A stretch of 63,284 nt of DNA, counting the filler, from Folioceros fuciformis (lineage: Eukaryota): NCBI GenBank assembly GCA_049999805.1. It is 4 parts of 2 records of this genome, joined end to end, with 100 filler letters (N's around TTAATTAATTAA, not from the genome) between each part and the next. Parts side by side here need not be neighbours in the genome. Positions count along the whole stretch, not along the records: positions 23,111 to 40,999 come from JBNGIO010006379.1; 3 more parts are not named here. One strand, given 5' to 3'. The translations under genes were made by a program, and so were the position numbers. The notes under the pieces were generated by a model that saw only the letters and a list, made by a program, of their open reading frames with translations, had not been told where the DNA came from and did no database searches. Below, piece after piece: positions 23,111 through 34,562 of the stretch. Numbering within the stretch: position 1 is the stretch's first letter; each line of letters starts with the position of its first letter.

Positions 23111-25636
23111 ACCTGCTGCTCTCTCCTTTCGCTGTTGCTGCTTTTGCGTTCGTGCGCTGTGCTCTGCGCTTGCTGCGGCCTGCGCCGGGCTGGGCCGGCC
23201 TCGCTCTCCCCTGCCTCTCCCCCCCTGGCTTCACCCCTGGTCTGCATTTGCCTTCGCCTTTCATTGCCTTTCCTTGCCTTGCCTTGCCTGCCGTCCGCCG
23301 TCATGCCTTAGCCCGACCCTGCGACGTTGCTTGCTCAACACGGCTATGGCACCGCACCTGCTTCTGCCTTGACACCGCGCTCCTCTCTGCCGCCTTCAAG
23401 CCGTGTATCGTATTGTAGTGTAGCGTGGTGGAGAGCGCGTCCAGGTGAAAGAGAGGGAAAGGGCTCCCGGGAGCCACGCGCGCCCGTAATTGCGCTGCCA
23501 ATTTGGTTCGCGAATTGGCTCGCCGGCACGCGGCGGCATTTGGGAGCTGCGGACCCTGTTGCTCGCGGCGCCGGCCTGCTCCTGCTTGGGAGGGAGGGAG
23601 ACGCCAAAGTTTCGGTGAGCCTCTTCTGCGCGCCACTGCCGGCATTGTAACCATTTGTACGGCGCTCACTGCCCTCCACGCTCCTGGTTGATGGGTGTGA
23701 GTAGAGCCGTGTTGTTTCCCAATTCGCTTGCGTTTCTTGCCTCCGGAACATTTACATTCGCTGGACCTACTCTCTAATGCGTGTGGAATTGGCTACGAGA
23801 TTGTGCTCCCGTGTAGGCCCGGACTGCGCTGGCCTAGGCCTCCCCAATTTGTTCTCTCCGCTCCCTGTTTCATCCCCTCTGCCCCTCCCCTCCAACTCGC
23901 TCCTTTCAGTCTCTACGGAGGGGCACGGTCGGAAGGAAACGAACGCCTCTCGTCGTCGTGCGTCCCCCGTCTCGCTCTGTTTCCTTCTTACTGTGCTTGC
24001 TTTCTCTCTGCGTCCTCATGAATTAATTACCTCACCTCGGGTCACTCCGCTGTTTGAGATTGAGACACCGCATGCAGCGGACGCCTGTCATTGCCTTCCC
24101 GGGTGTCTCACCCCGGCTTTCACCACTTTGATTGCCTTGTCCTCGAGGGCCTTCCTCCTCCGCATCGTACTGCCACCGGGTCATGTTGTCTGATCGCGCG
24201 CCATCCTCCGGGTGTGCGCTTTTGGCGTGTTACGGGAGAACGTTTGTCGCACCACGTTTCTCACTCCTGGAGGAATGCTTTGAGAGCTACTTGTCTCACA
24301 ACGCCAGTTACGTTCAACTCGCCCGCGCTGAGAAATCTTTATTTGTGTGTGTGTCCAGCTTGTGCAGAGACCGCCGTGCTCCCCACCTCCTCTAGCGAAG
24401 CTGGAAGGAACTGATTTGGGTTCTCGAGGGACGGTAATTGGGTACATCAACAAGCTGGGCACATCTCTGCTGCGGGGAAGCCTCTTTTTCCGGTCCCGGT
24501 GTCGTGGCAGGAGTGTCGGCATGGAAATGTCAGGCTGCGGCTCGTCTTGCGTTTATCTTCGGGACAGCAGTAGATGAGAGGCCCCGAGGACCTTTGTCTC
24601 AACGTTTCTAACAGGAAGCCAGGCAGGAATGGATCAGAGAGAGAAGTGAAGTGGGGCATTAGGGAGGAAAGGAGGAAGAAGACGTCTGGATTAAGAGGAA
24701 AGGACCATCAAAGTGGCGCCAGTTTCGGTAGCGAGCTTGAACCGCCAGATGCATCGGCACGGGAGGGGTGGAGTATAACCTCCTCTTTACAGAACCTTGA
24801 TGTAGCTGCTATTGGCAGAGAGTTGGTGTTGTGCTCTTTGGCTCCACTTTCACAAGTTGAAGCTGCTTCACCAGTTCAAGGCACCGCTGTCCATCCTCAC
24901 GCTTCTTCTGTCAGTCGTAAGAGCTGCCAGGAGGCCTTGACTAGCTTGTCAGATTGCACTTTCTTAACTCAAAGGCCAGAGCTGTGGCAGATTTTGCTTA
25001 CAAGGCAAAGGGAGCATATTTGGGGAGCTCGCTGCCACTTCCAGAAGCACGGGAGAAGGCTGCTGCAAGCGTGGTATGAGACACTTAACTTACATTGCCA
25101 TGGGGAGGGGAGGTTAGGAAGGGAGGCCGGTTGGCAGATGATAACGGACAGGTCTAAAGTATTTGTGTTGCTTTTGGCTGTTGCGTGGAAAGTTCTTCCT
25201 CTTTTGCCGAGGCAGGGCATTTCAGTTGTGAGCTGATGCCCATGTGAGTGGGGCATCGGAAAGGGGGTCTATGGCATTTGCCACCCTCGGTCTTCTGATA
25301 CTGTAGACTATCTATTCAAGCTAACCTGGATTTTGATATCGACTACTGTTCTGTGAGAATTGGTGGCTCTAAAGGGTGAGGCCAGAGAGGCTGAAGCTTG
25401 TGGGAGGAGGGAGAGCTTCCAGGGAGAACGTGTCTGCCCTACGAGGTATGAGAGTGCCCAAGCATAGCTTCTTCATGAGGTGGACCAGACATATCCCCAG
25501 CATAGTGTTCTTTTGGTCCACTCAGCCAACGGGCCGGAGCAGCAGCAGTTCAACCCTTTCCACTTCAGCTCAGGCGGAGGCTCTCGCAGATTTCGTATCC
25601 TTCGTCATCGAGGATTTGCACCAGGATAACGTTGTC

Positions 25637-26734
25637 ATGGATGAGAGGCTGTGGTCGAACTTGCCAGCTGACCTGGTTGAGAAGGTTGTGGCCCGCCTGC
25701 CCATCCCGGCTCTTTTCCGCATGCGGGCAGTTTGCAGGAGGTGGAACCGCCTCATTTTTTCCGGTGGTTTCTTAGCTCTGCGAAAGGATGCCCCGCCCTC
25801 GGCTCCCTGGTTCCTGCTGTGCACCAGTGGTGGTGCAATGCCCGTGTACAATCCAGGAGTTGAGAAGTGGCACTCTCTTCCAGTTCCAGAAGCTTCTTCT
25901 GGCATGAGTGTGATCGCAGCTTCCGGTGGTCTCATCTGCTTCGGGGATCAGATCAGGGATTGCTCGTACCTCATAGTGTGCAATCCCCTTACAAAGGCTA
26001 TGAGGCGACTCCCTTGCATGCCTCGTGTGCGCTTGATTCATAAGGTTGCCATGCTCGCAGATCCTTCTTCCAAAGGTTATCAGATTCTGGTGGTGGGCGA
26101 ACACGCGATGGATCTGGACCAGGCGGCTCAGAACCATGTCTACAACCTTGTTGCTGAGGTCTATGACTCCAGCACGAACTCTTGGTCTACAGGTGGGGTC
26201 CCCCTGCAGTCTGCCAAGTTTGGAACGGACCCAGGAGCATGGGTGAACGGAGTTGTTTATTGCATCACAGAGCTGCCGTACGGTGTTGTGTTTTACGATC
26301 TCAAGCTGTCTGTCTGGCGAGACTTGCCTGCACCCATGCCAGCCCACTTGGTATGTCCTAGTCTTGTAGAGTGCGGCGGACGTTTGCTGATGGTGGCTAA
26401 AGCTTTGGACCCGGCATTCCAACTCCCGAGAGTCGAAGGCATTGTTATTTGGGAGCACATGGAGCATCAGAGAGAGTGGGTGGAGGTCACTAGAGTGCCT
26501 CGTATGATATGTGCACAGTTTTTCGAGGGTCTGGCTTATTACAGGACCCAATTTGTGTGCGCAGTGCTTGGAAGTGTCCTGTGCGTGACGACGCACCTGA
26601 GCCCGCATTGCTTAACTTACGACCTTGACAAGAGATTGTGGAAGTGGCTTCCCCGAGACCCAATGTTCCCGGGTTTGAGGGACTTGCATCTTACGGGATT
26701 TTCGGTGGAGCCTCGCCTGGATTCGTCCCCATAG
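25637..26734 (+). CDS. F-box protein with kelch-like beta-propeller (UFO/LCR/HWS-type group); may extend upstream
   Basis: MDERLWSNLPADLVEKVVARLP..FRMRAVCRRWN; AASGGLIC; VCNPLTK..RRLP; EVYDS..W; LVECGGRLLMV; C-terminal EPRLD. Frame is open upstream to 25376. Confidence 0.93.
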   Translation: MDERLWSNLPADLVEKVVARLPIPALFRMRAVCRRWNRLIFSGGFLALRKDAPPSAPWFLLCTSGGAMPVYNPGVEKWHSLPVPEASSGMSVIAASGGLICFGDQIRDCSYLIVCNPLTKAMRRLPCMPRVRLIHKVAMLADPSSKGYQILVVGEHAMDLDQAAQNHVYNLVAEVYDSSTNSWSTGGVPLQSAKFGTDPGAWVNGVVYCITELPYGVVFYDLKLSVWRDLPAPMPAHLVCPSLVECGGRLLMVAKALDPAFQLPRVEGIVIWEHMEHQREWVEVTRVPRMICAQFFEGLAYYRTQFVCAVLGSVLCVTTHLSPHCLTYDLDKRLWKWLPRDPMFPGLRDLHLTGFSVEPRLDSSP

Positions 26735-27147
26735 AAGTCTGTCTGTGCTATGAAACGTGCATTATCAGGTGGTGGTGAAGGGAATGCAGAGAATGACGGC
26801 CCTGTTTGATTTGCGCGGCTCGATTTGCGAGCAAGCAGGACCCGATCTCGTGTTTGTGACATAATTAAGACACTAGTCACGAACTGCGGAAGAAGCCATC
26901 ATGGTGCGTCTGAGGATGTGCTTCCCTCCCTCTCCTTGGACCTTGTGAATTGCGGGGTCCGTCTGAGATGTTTTAAGATCTGCGAACACTGGACCTTGGA
27001 GTAGCAGTGTCGTGGCTGTGTTTAGTGTACCTTGCCTAGCCTAACTAAGATTATGAGAAGGTTTTGGGAAATCGGGTTTGAGCAGTGGATGCATGAGTGC
27101 CGAATCCGCCTGTCCTAAATAACGTCCGTGTCTTCGCCTTACAGGCC

Positions 27148-28156
27148 TTACGGGTGGTGTGACCACCCTCTGGGATGAGGAACGTCATTGACCTGAAGTG
27201 CGGGGTGATTCTTTCGTTCTAGCCTGACTGCGTTGAGAACCTGAGACTTAGAATTTGATTGTTCCCAGTTCCCCTTCTCAGACGGGTTATTATTTCCTGT
27301 ACTCTGATATTGCCCACCACGAAAGCAACCTACGCTGACATCACGAGCTACTAGACCCACGATAGGAAATGTTACACGTGTTGCATACATTACTCGATTC
27401 AGTCCGACGTACACAATTACGTCTGAGATCAAAAAAAGACATTTCCATCCCCGTCCTTTCAAACTTCGGACTCTTTGCCCCTTGATCAATGTCCACTACT
27501 TCGGGAGGGCGGCATACCATGCACAGGTGCAAGTACTTACCCTACATAACTACATGATGGGATATCAGAAATAGTGCACTGCCTTCGATCCAAAGGAATA
27601 TTTTTGAGAAGCTGCAGTGTCGGCCGGTGGAAAGCACTCAACCGTCCCGACACAGGACAAGGCGTTTGAAAACGGTTCCACTCTCCCAAAACATTTTGCA
27701 TCAGTAAATGCCCTCCTGTGAACTGCTGCAATTCAAAGCTCACGAGTACAAGGATTCGCGGGTACAAGTTTGAGCAAAGTCCGCAGTCAGTTGGCCTTCG
27801 GGCATTAGCCTGTCTGTGAGCAAGACAAACATCAGCAAATCCAGGTGACAAATTTAGATAATTGGGGAACAACCACTGACCAACAACTGCCTCTACCTAT
27901 TCCCTGGAGGGCAAGGCAAGCCTTTAGTCGGCCGGTGTTCAGAACTCCAAGTCGCGGAGAACGACAGCAACCAGTTTGGTGGATGAGAGACCATGGAGTA
28001 CGCAGACAGCTTGCATTTTGGCTAGCAGCTAGACAGTACGCAGAACATCAACCTGGGATTGCTTCAGCCGCTTCGCAAATTTATAAAACAGCTTGCGTCA
28101 AGCTGTGCCTTCACAGCTACACAAGGGTCTAGCGTATTCCACAGTCCCTCATCCAT
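27148..28156 (-). pseudogene. Possible highly decayed F-box paralog
   Basis: MDEGLWNTL..FINLRS resembles MDERLWSNL..LFRMRA; NRVMYATRVTFPIVGLVARDV resembles NGVVYCITELPYGVVFYDL; collinear but broken by stops and frameshifts. Confidence 0.35.
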
Positions 28157-29321
28157 CAACTTGTTCTGCACTTGGAAAAATGCCACCCTCGTGCAACAGA
28201 CGCGCCACTGGGACAGCGCTCTTCCTGCATGGTGTTCACACCCACGCGTTGTTGTAGGAGACGCAAAATGTGGCCCCTCCCGATCCTGCAATAGATCGGA
28301 GAAGGCACAAAACAGGAGCCCTGCTCTGCACTGCTCGCGGCTGGGAACAAAAGATGAAGGCCAGCGACCACACGTGGGGTGCGGGAGCACAGAATGCAAA
28401 CGCAGAGCTCTGCCCGAGCGTCTCAAGATGTAAGCAGTAGGAGCTAGTGTGACTTCAGACTGGCCACGAACAGGTTGGCGCGCGGCGGAGAGCGAGGAGG
28501 AAACGGGCGATGCGGACAGCGGCGATGAGACAGGAAGGAACAGGAGAAGCAAGGGGAACAGAAGAGGGGAGTGGACGCGAGGCGCGGGGAAGGCGAGGCA
28601 GTCAGTGCTCGGGACGAGCGAGTCACGGGCATCCGCATCCGACGAGGTCGGAGGTGGCAACAGACAAAAGCAGGAGGGCTCCGACCATGGACATGACGGC
28701 CAAGCACAGATGCCTCCAAGAGCGTGCGTCTGCCTAGAGACGACAGGACGCGACAGCGGAAGGCCAGCTGTGGCTGGTGAAGACAGACAAAGAGGAAGGG
28801 CGAAGCGCGTTGGAGGCGAAAGCGGGATCGAAGGGTGCACCGACGGGTGCTTCGTGAGCACACGGGTGTCGCCACAGCGCAAACGGGGAGAGCAGAGTGT
28901 GAGCGGGGAAATCACGAGACGGGGGCACGAGGAGGAGAAAAGAAGCCACCAGAACGACAGAGTGCATTGGTGCACTGCAAGAGTGGTGTAAGAGTGAGCT
29001 GCGACAAAAGCCAGCACAAGACAGATTCATTCAGGGAAACCGACAAAGGGGACGCAACGTTCGTGCAGGAGGGAGATTGCTGCTTGGATGGAGGAGGAGG
29101 CGGCTGGGCCACATGTGGGCCACGCTCCATTTCGCAAAATTCAAATACATACACAAGCAACGTACAGTACATGCCCTCAGGCTCACACGCATTCCTACCG
29201 CATACATGGGGGGATGCATCTCCATGTGCCTGGCCATGGAAGACTCAGGAAGCAAAAGCCTTGGGTGAGAGCCAGATCTGATGAAAGCAATTGCAGACAT
29301 GGACTGCTGCTCCGCTCCTTT

Positions 29322-31242
29322 TCACACATCCAGGTAGAGCCTCACGAGCTTCGTGGCAGAAAAAGGAAGCTCCAGCCTCCACTCTTTTTGCTTCTTGTTC
29401 AGGGGTCTCCCTCTGCCAGCTACTTCTCTGTTGGCCCTTACGTTGGCCAGTTTCCACACAGCCATATCTGCTTCTACCTTGTCTACCTGGAGAATACTGT
29501 CCTTTTCAGAAGCTTCGCCATTTCCGCCCACATCCCAATATCGGACAAACATTGGAAGATCCTTGAAACGCAGGAGATCATGGGGAACCTTCACGACCCG
29601 CTCGGCTCCAGGAGATGACACCTGCCAGAGCTGAACCAATTAGAAAAGGGCGAAGTTCAAGCTACATCCGACACAGAACAACCAGGTGGCACAGCTACCT
29701 CCAGGGCTAGGTTATCAGGTATCGTGCCGGCCAGTCCTTCCTCTTCCAGCCTCTTCCCATACACAGACGAGAACTTCTCAATTTCGGTGAGGGAAGGAGA
29801 CCCGTACCTACAGGGCAGACAATGAGCAGCCATCAAACACAAGGAATGGGAGGATCCGTGGCCACTTGCCTCACTCTGGTGGGACAACCATATTGAAAGG
29901 GGAGTCATACTTGTCAGTGAGCTTGTCCAGTCGAACACGAATTACGCCTGCATCTTTCGAAAGCTTGAATGCGTATAGAGCGAAGGTACTACTGAAGGTG
30001 CTTTCTAGGGTCTCCGTAGCCAAACTCAGCGCCCTTTGCCCCCATTCCGCGTCTCCCAGCACCGTCCCACCTCCATCTTCACCATCACCTGCCTGAGATA
30101 TCCGATTTAACACTTGGAATGCTTAGCACAAGGAAGATTCGAGCAAGAGGAAATGCATGTCCGATGAATACGGTCCGGATACAAGACCTGCAGATCCGCA
30201 GGTTTATCATCTTCCCAGAAGTCCTCCACCTCATCATAATTGGCCTCACCTTCCTCGATGCCGTCGTCCTCAAGCTCTTCCGCCCGCTCATTCTCTGTCA
30301 CTTCAGTCCACGACAACATCAAGCAGAAAGTCAGTCAGTCGGGATGGCTCACATCACGTGCTAGAAGATTAAAGGATGCGCTAGAGCACGCCACGAAACT
30401 GCTGCTTGCTCACATGCCCTACCCAAGGTTCCCTTTCCAACCCCCTCCCTTTCATCTTATGCCTCAATAGTTAGCATTCAGAATCTCGTACTTTCTATGG
30501 TTAAAGTAGCCTCCACCACCTCCTTCTCCAACCTTATCTCCTCCACCTCCACAAGAAGCTCAGAGTCATCCTCTTCAACTTCTGATTCAATGCCATCCTG
30601 GGCTTCTGCGAGCCTCTTCCTCATCTCTTTCTTCACCTCCTTTTTCACCTCCTTTCTCACAAGTTTCTTCATTCTCTTCAACAACTTCTTTCCCTCCTTC
30701 TTCCCCTGTTTCTCCTCCTCCTCGTCACTGGCACTAAAATCTTCATCAGTTACATCATCCACTACAGAAGAAGTACCTGCAACATCGCTTAACGACGGTC
30801 TTCTTCCCTGCGTTCTTCCACCATAACCCGTGGTAGAAAAGGAGCCGTTCGACACATTCTGCGTGCCCCGACCCGTCCCTTTGAAATTGCAAACCTCAAA
30901 TCCATGCAAGACAGTGTACCCACACCTCTGCTTGCCACTCGCTCTTCTGTTCACCAGCACTGCTGTCGCCGTACATTTCGAACTAGAATGAAACAGCTGC
31001 CTGTGAGCGATTCCCACAACGCCACTTTCCCCACCTCCATTACTGCTGTCAGCTAATCCCAGACCAACGGATTGAAGATGAGGCCGGAGCTGCTGACCAC
31101 CACCATAAGCAGGAGGAAGCAGAGCCTTCATGGGCCTACCTTTCTCTTGATTCACGTATCTCCTCAAATTGAATAACGGACAGTATGCACCAAACCCAAA
31201 GACTCGGACAGCTCTGAAACCAGTACCACAGCCAGAGGGCAT
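29322..31242 (-). CDS. Plastid ribosome maturation factor RimP-like (UPF0090) protein, about 5 exons
   Basis: Exons about 31242-30492, 30294-30188, 30092-29911, 29807-29699, 29621-29322. Motifs GDGEDGGG..WGQRAL, VRLDKLTDKYGSP, LALEVSSPGAERVVKVP..LLRFKDLPM, WKLANV..GRPLNKKQ. Joining of the first exon is less certain. Confidence 0.88.
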
Positions 31243-32120
31243 GGCCAAGATCTCCTCCGAACCACGAAGTCAGGGTACCTACCTACAGACGCTCAAGTCA
31301 CCTCCCACCAAACCCGCTGATAAACCCTGCATAAACCCTACATTCCTAACAACCCCGATAGATACAGCCACACTGCAGTCCCACTCACTCGTATGCACTA
31401 AGGCTTTTGATCTGGCTTCATACAGACCACAGCTCACGAATTTAGTGCATGGGAATTTCCTTGCAATTTTTGAATTTTCCGTCAACACCCACCTCTGGAC
31501 TGTACGCTAAATCTTCAGCGAGATAAAAATTAAAGCGTCGGCTGAGCTGACGCACGAAGAATTCACTCGCACTATCGACCATGTCGGTTGGGAAGTTACC
31601 ACGTCAAATGAACACTGGCAGGAATCTTCTGGAGTGTGGAGATGAAACGCTTCGAAACGTCACTTAGCTCCGATGAATGAACGGTGCGAAAGCATCAAGT
31701 CGAACTCACGACGGTAGAGTATTCTTACTCAGCCGCGTGGGGGGCACGCGCACAATATCTTCGTCCCTCTCCACGTCGGACGGCCTTCCTCCTTACTCGC
31801 TTCCGGACGGCTCGGAGACAGTCACCGGCGACTTGCTTGAGGTGGAGAGGGCGCGCTCGGTGCCGCACGCCCCTGCGTCTTCGCAGTGTCTTTCAGGTTC
31901 GCCTCCTTCGTCATCCTCAAGCGCGGGGGTCTAACCAGCTGGTGGAGGTGATGTTAGGCTTGCTAGAACTCTGTTCGTGATGCGCAGGCATCCTTTCAGT
32001 TGTCTGTCTCGGCAACAGCATCAAAAGGGGATGGGAGTGGAATAGTGTCTACCATTTTGCCAGGCAAATGCGGCTTCTTATTCTTGATTTCCTGCTTCAG
32101 GTGCTGTTCTGCTCTTTGTT

Positions 32121-32867
32121 ATGGAGGCAATTAAAGTTGTTGACCGACATGTCGCAGCAAGTCTGGCTTGTCCTTCCAGAGTCTGGAGGCTTGCTTCAGG
32201 GCCTGTGGTGTTTCTCCGGACTGCACAAGTCAGTGTGAGAGTGAACGCCACGGATGGCTTTTCTTTGAGACTCCGAGCTTCGGGTCGGAAGGCGAGGAGG
32301 TTTGTTGTTTGTAGAGCCAGCGCCGCGGTGTGTACGGAGGAGGGGAAACAGGGAAACTTGATCTATGATTCTGAAGACAGCGACAGCGACAGCGACAGCA
32401 GTGAGGCTGAGAACGAAGGTCGTCGGGGCGAGAATAGATATGCGGAGGCGGCTAAGGAGAAGAAATACAAGCTGCGAAAGTTGAGAGTGAAGAGTGACTC
32501 AAGTGAAAGTGATTCTAATGACCAAAGCAAGGGATCTTCTGACAGCAGCAGTGACAGTAGTGAAGATGATTCTAGTGACGAAGAGAAGGTAAGCACTGGC
32601 CGGGTAGGGAAGAATGCCGTGTGTGCTGTTGATTCCAGCGATGATGAAGATGAGAAGGAGAAGGAGGAGAAGAAGGAGAAGAAGGAGAAGAAGGAGAAGG
32701 AGGAGCTGAAGAAGAAGATGAAGAAGATGGAGATGAAGGTGAAGAAGGTAAAAGCTATTGTGGACAGCGAGTCCTTTGAGAAGGATGAGAAGAAGAAGAA
32801 CAGTGTGAAACTGGCGAAGGCCACTCTTTCCAAGTTGGAGTCCTCTTCTGATTCTGACAGTGACTGA
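32121..32867 (+). CDS. Hypothetical plastid-targeted Ser/Asp- and Lys/Glu-rich low-complexity protein
   Basis: Transit-peptide-like N-terminus ending RRFVVCRA/SAAV; strong AAG/GAG codon periodicity; similar composition continues in a shifted frame after 32867. Confidence 0.6.
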   Translation: MEAIKVVDRHVAASLACPSRVWRLASGPVVFLRTAQVSVRVNATDGFSLRLRASGRKARRFVVCRASAAVCTEEGKQGNLIYDSEDSDSDSDSSEAENEGRRGENRYAEAAKEKKYKLRKLRVKSDSSESDSNDQSKGSSDSSSDSSEDDSSDEEKVSTGRVGKNAVCAVDSSDDEDEKEKEEKKEKKEKKEKEELKKKMKKMEMKVKKVKAIVDSESFEKDEKKKNSVKLAKATLSKLESSSDSDSD

Positions 32868-33441
32868 CTCAAGTGGCGACGAGGAGCCTAAGAAGAGAAG
32901 GAGAGCTGAGGAGCCCCAATCAAGTAGTGTCCAAAAAGAGGAAAAAGAAGGAAGTGAAGACTGATTGCCAGGGACAATTGCTACGAATCTGAGTCCTCAA
33001 ACTTATCCGATGACAGGGAAGGGACGAAGCGGAAATGAAAATTGTCGGGCAGACTGAAGGTCAAAGCCTGAGTGCCATCAGTGACCAGACGCAATTAGAG
33101 CTGCTCAGAAGTTCGTGGCATCCTTTGTATATACTAACACTCCTACTGTTGTAAAAGATGTGTTATGAACTACAGCCTGCACAATTGAGAAACAATGAGC
33201 GTACGTTGTTCTTGGTTGTCCCAATCAACTGTGATTATAAAATGTCGGCAGCGAGCTCGATAAGTGCATGAACAATCTTGGAGATGGAGGCAGTCCCGTC
33301 AAGATTGCAAATAAGCTAATACGTAAACTGTGAGACTGGAATATGTGAACTGACACTATATGGCTTCTTAGTCAATTACTCTATCTCGTGTCTCGGAACA
33401 GAGCTTCAAAAGCCCTTCGCATCATTGACCACGCCAGCGAT

Positions 33442-33519
33442 CTCTAAGGGTCGCTCATCCACGTTCAAATACAGTCAGACCTCTAAGGGTTGCTCATCCA
33501 CGTTCAAATACAGTCAGAC
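33442..33519. repeat. 39-bp tandem duplication
   Basis: CTCTAAGGGTYGCTCATCCACGTTCAAATACAGTCAGAC x2. Confidence 0.9.
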
Positions 33520-33809
33520 CCCTTTCCCAATTAGGAGTAGTAGCAAAAAACGTCCCATTTAAGGGGTTCCATTTAGGCATTTTCATCTTTTTTTTGAAAA
33601 TAAAAATATATTAAAAATTCAAAAAAAATCCTTAAAATCAGAAATTCGAAAGAGTTTAAAAGCTTTCAAAAAGCCCAAAATGCTCCATAATGATTATAAT
33701 AATTAATCATCAATCAGTTCAGTTACTTTCATCCAATGACTAGCAATATATTTTTCCAAATGAGAATGCAACTTCAAAGTGTATGCATCTCTTCCAAAAA
33801 CATCTTCGC

Positions 33810-34185
33810 TATCCTCATAGCATTATCTATAACATCTTTTGTCTATAGCATCCTTTGTCTATAGTAGCATTATCTATAGCATCTTTTGTCTATAACATCC
33901 TTTGTCTATAGCATCCTTTGTCTATAGCATCCTTTGTCGTTCGCAGTCTTGGTGCTATGGTCTCATCCGGCGCTATGGTCTCATCCGGCGCTATGGTCTC
34001 ATCCGGCGCTATGGTCTCATCAGGCGCCATGGTCTCATCAGGTCCCCTGACTGTACTGGCCACACCCTTGCCATCTTCATTCTCAGTAATTGCTCGCTAT
34101 GGTCTCATCAGGCGCTATGGTCTCATCAGGTCCCCTGACTGTAGTGGCCACACCCTTGCCATCTTCATTCTCAGTAATTGCTCGT
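33810..34185. repeat. Cluster of 16-bp, 18-bp and about 87-bp tandem repeats
   Basis: CTATAGCATCCTTTGT units at 33810-33937; GCTATGGTCTCATCCGGC x5 at 33954-34042 (APDETI on minus strand); larger duplication at about 34030-34185. Confidence 0.88.
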
Positions 34186-34562
34186 AGTCTCTGTACCTCC
34201 ACAACCGGTGCCAGACTATCTACCAGGGCACCATTGTGTGCAGTCTGGATGTCACCATGAGAGGGCAAAGAATTCTGGCTATCATCCTCAACATTCTCAA
34301 CCACAATCTTCGCCTCCTCCTCCTCCACCTCCCCTTTCACGACTCACAACGGACACCGTGATTTGGATCCCTGGCGGAGGCACAAATTTCGACCTCAGCT
34401 AGGTTTTCAATAACAAGATCATCAAAATATGTATGTACGGATATAGCGCAGTAGCGAATCACTGCGACGTACATATTCCTTTCTCTCGGACGGGCGCACA
34501 TACATACAGGAATGGACACCGTGAGTTGGATCCCTAGCTGCGGAGGCACAAATTTCGACCTC

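Noticed and set aside
21265-25236. ORFs of 197 and 220 aa and a 21-bp repeat near 22850
   Set aside because: No domain or coherent exon chain; probably UTR or intergenic, though an unrecognised gene is not excluded.
26482-26501. miR394 target site as in LCR F-box genes
   Set aside because: GGAGGTCACTAGAGTGCCTC has too many mismatches to GGAGGTGGACAGAATGCCAA.
32363-32872. Phe/Ser-rich minus ORF (also 30497-30826 plus)
   Set aside because: Antisense shadows of K/E/D-rich coding sequence.
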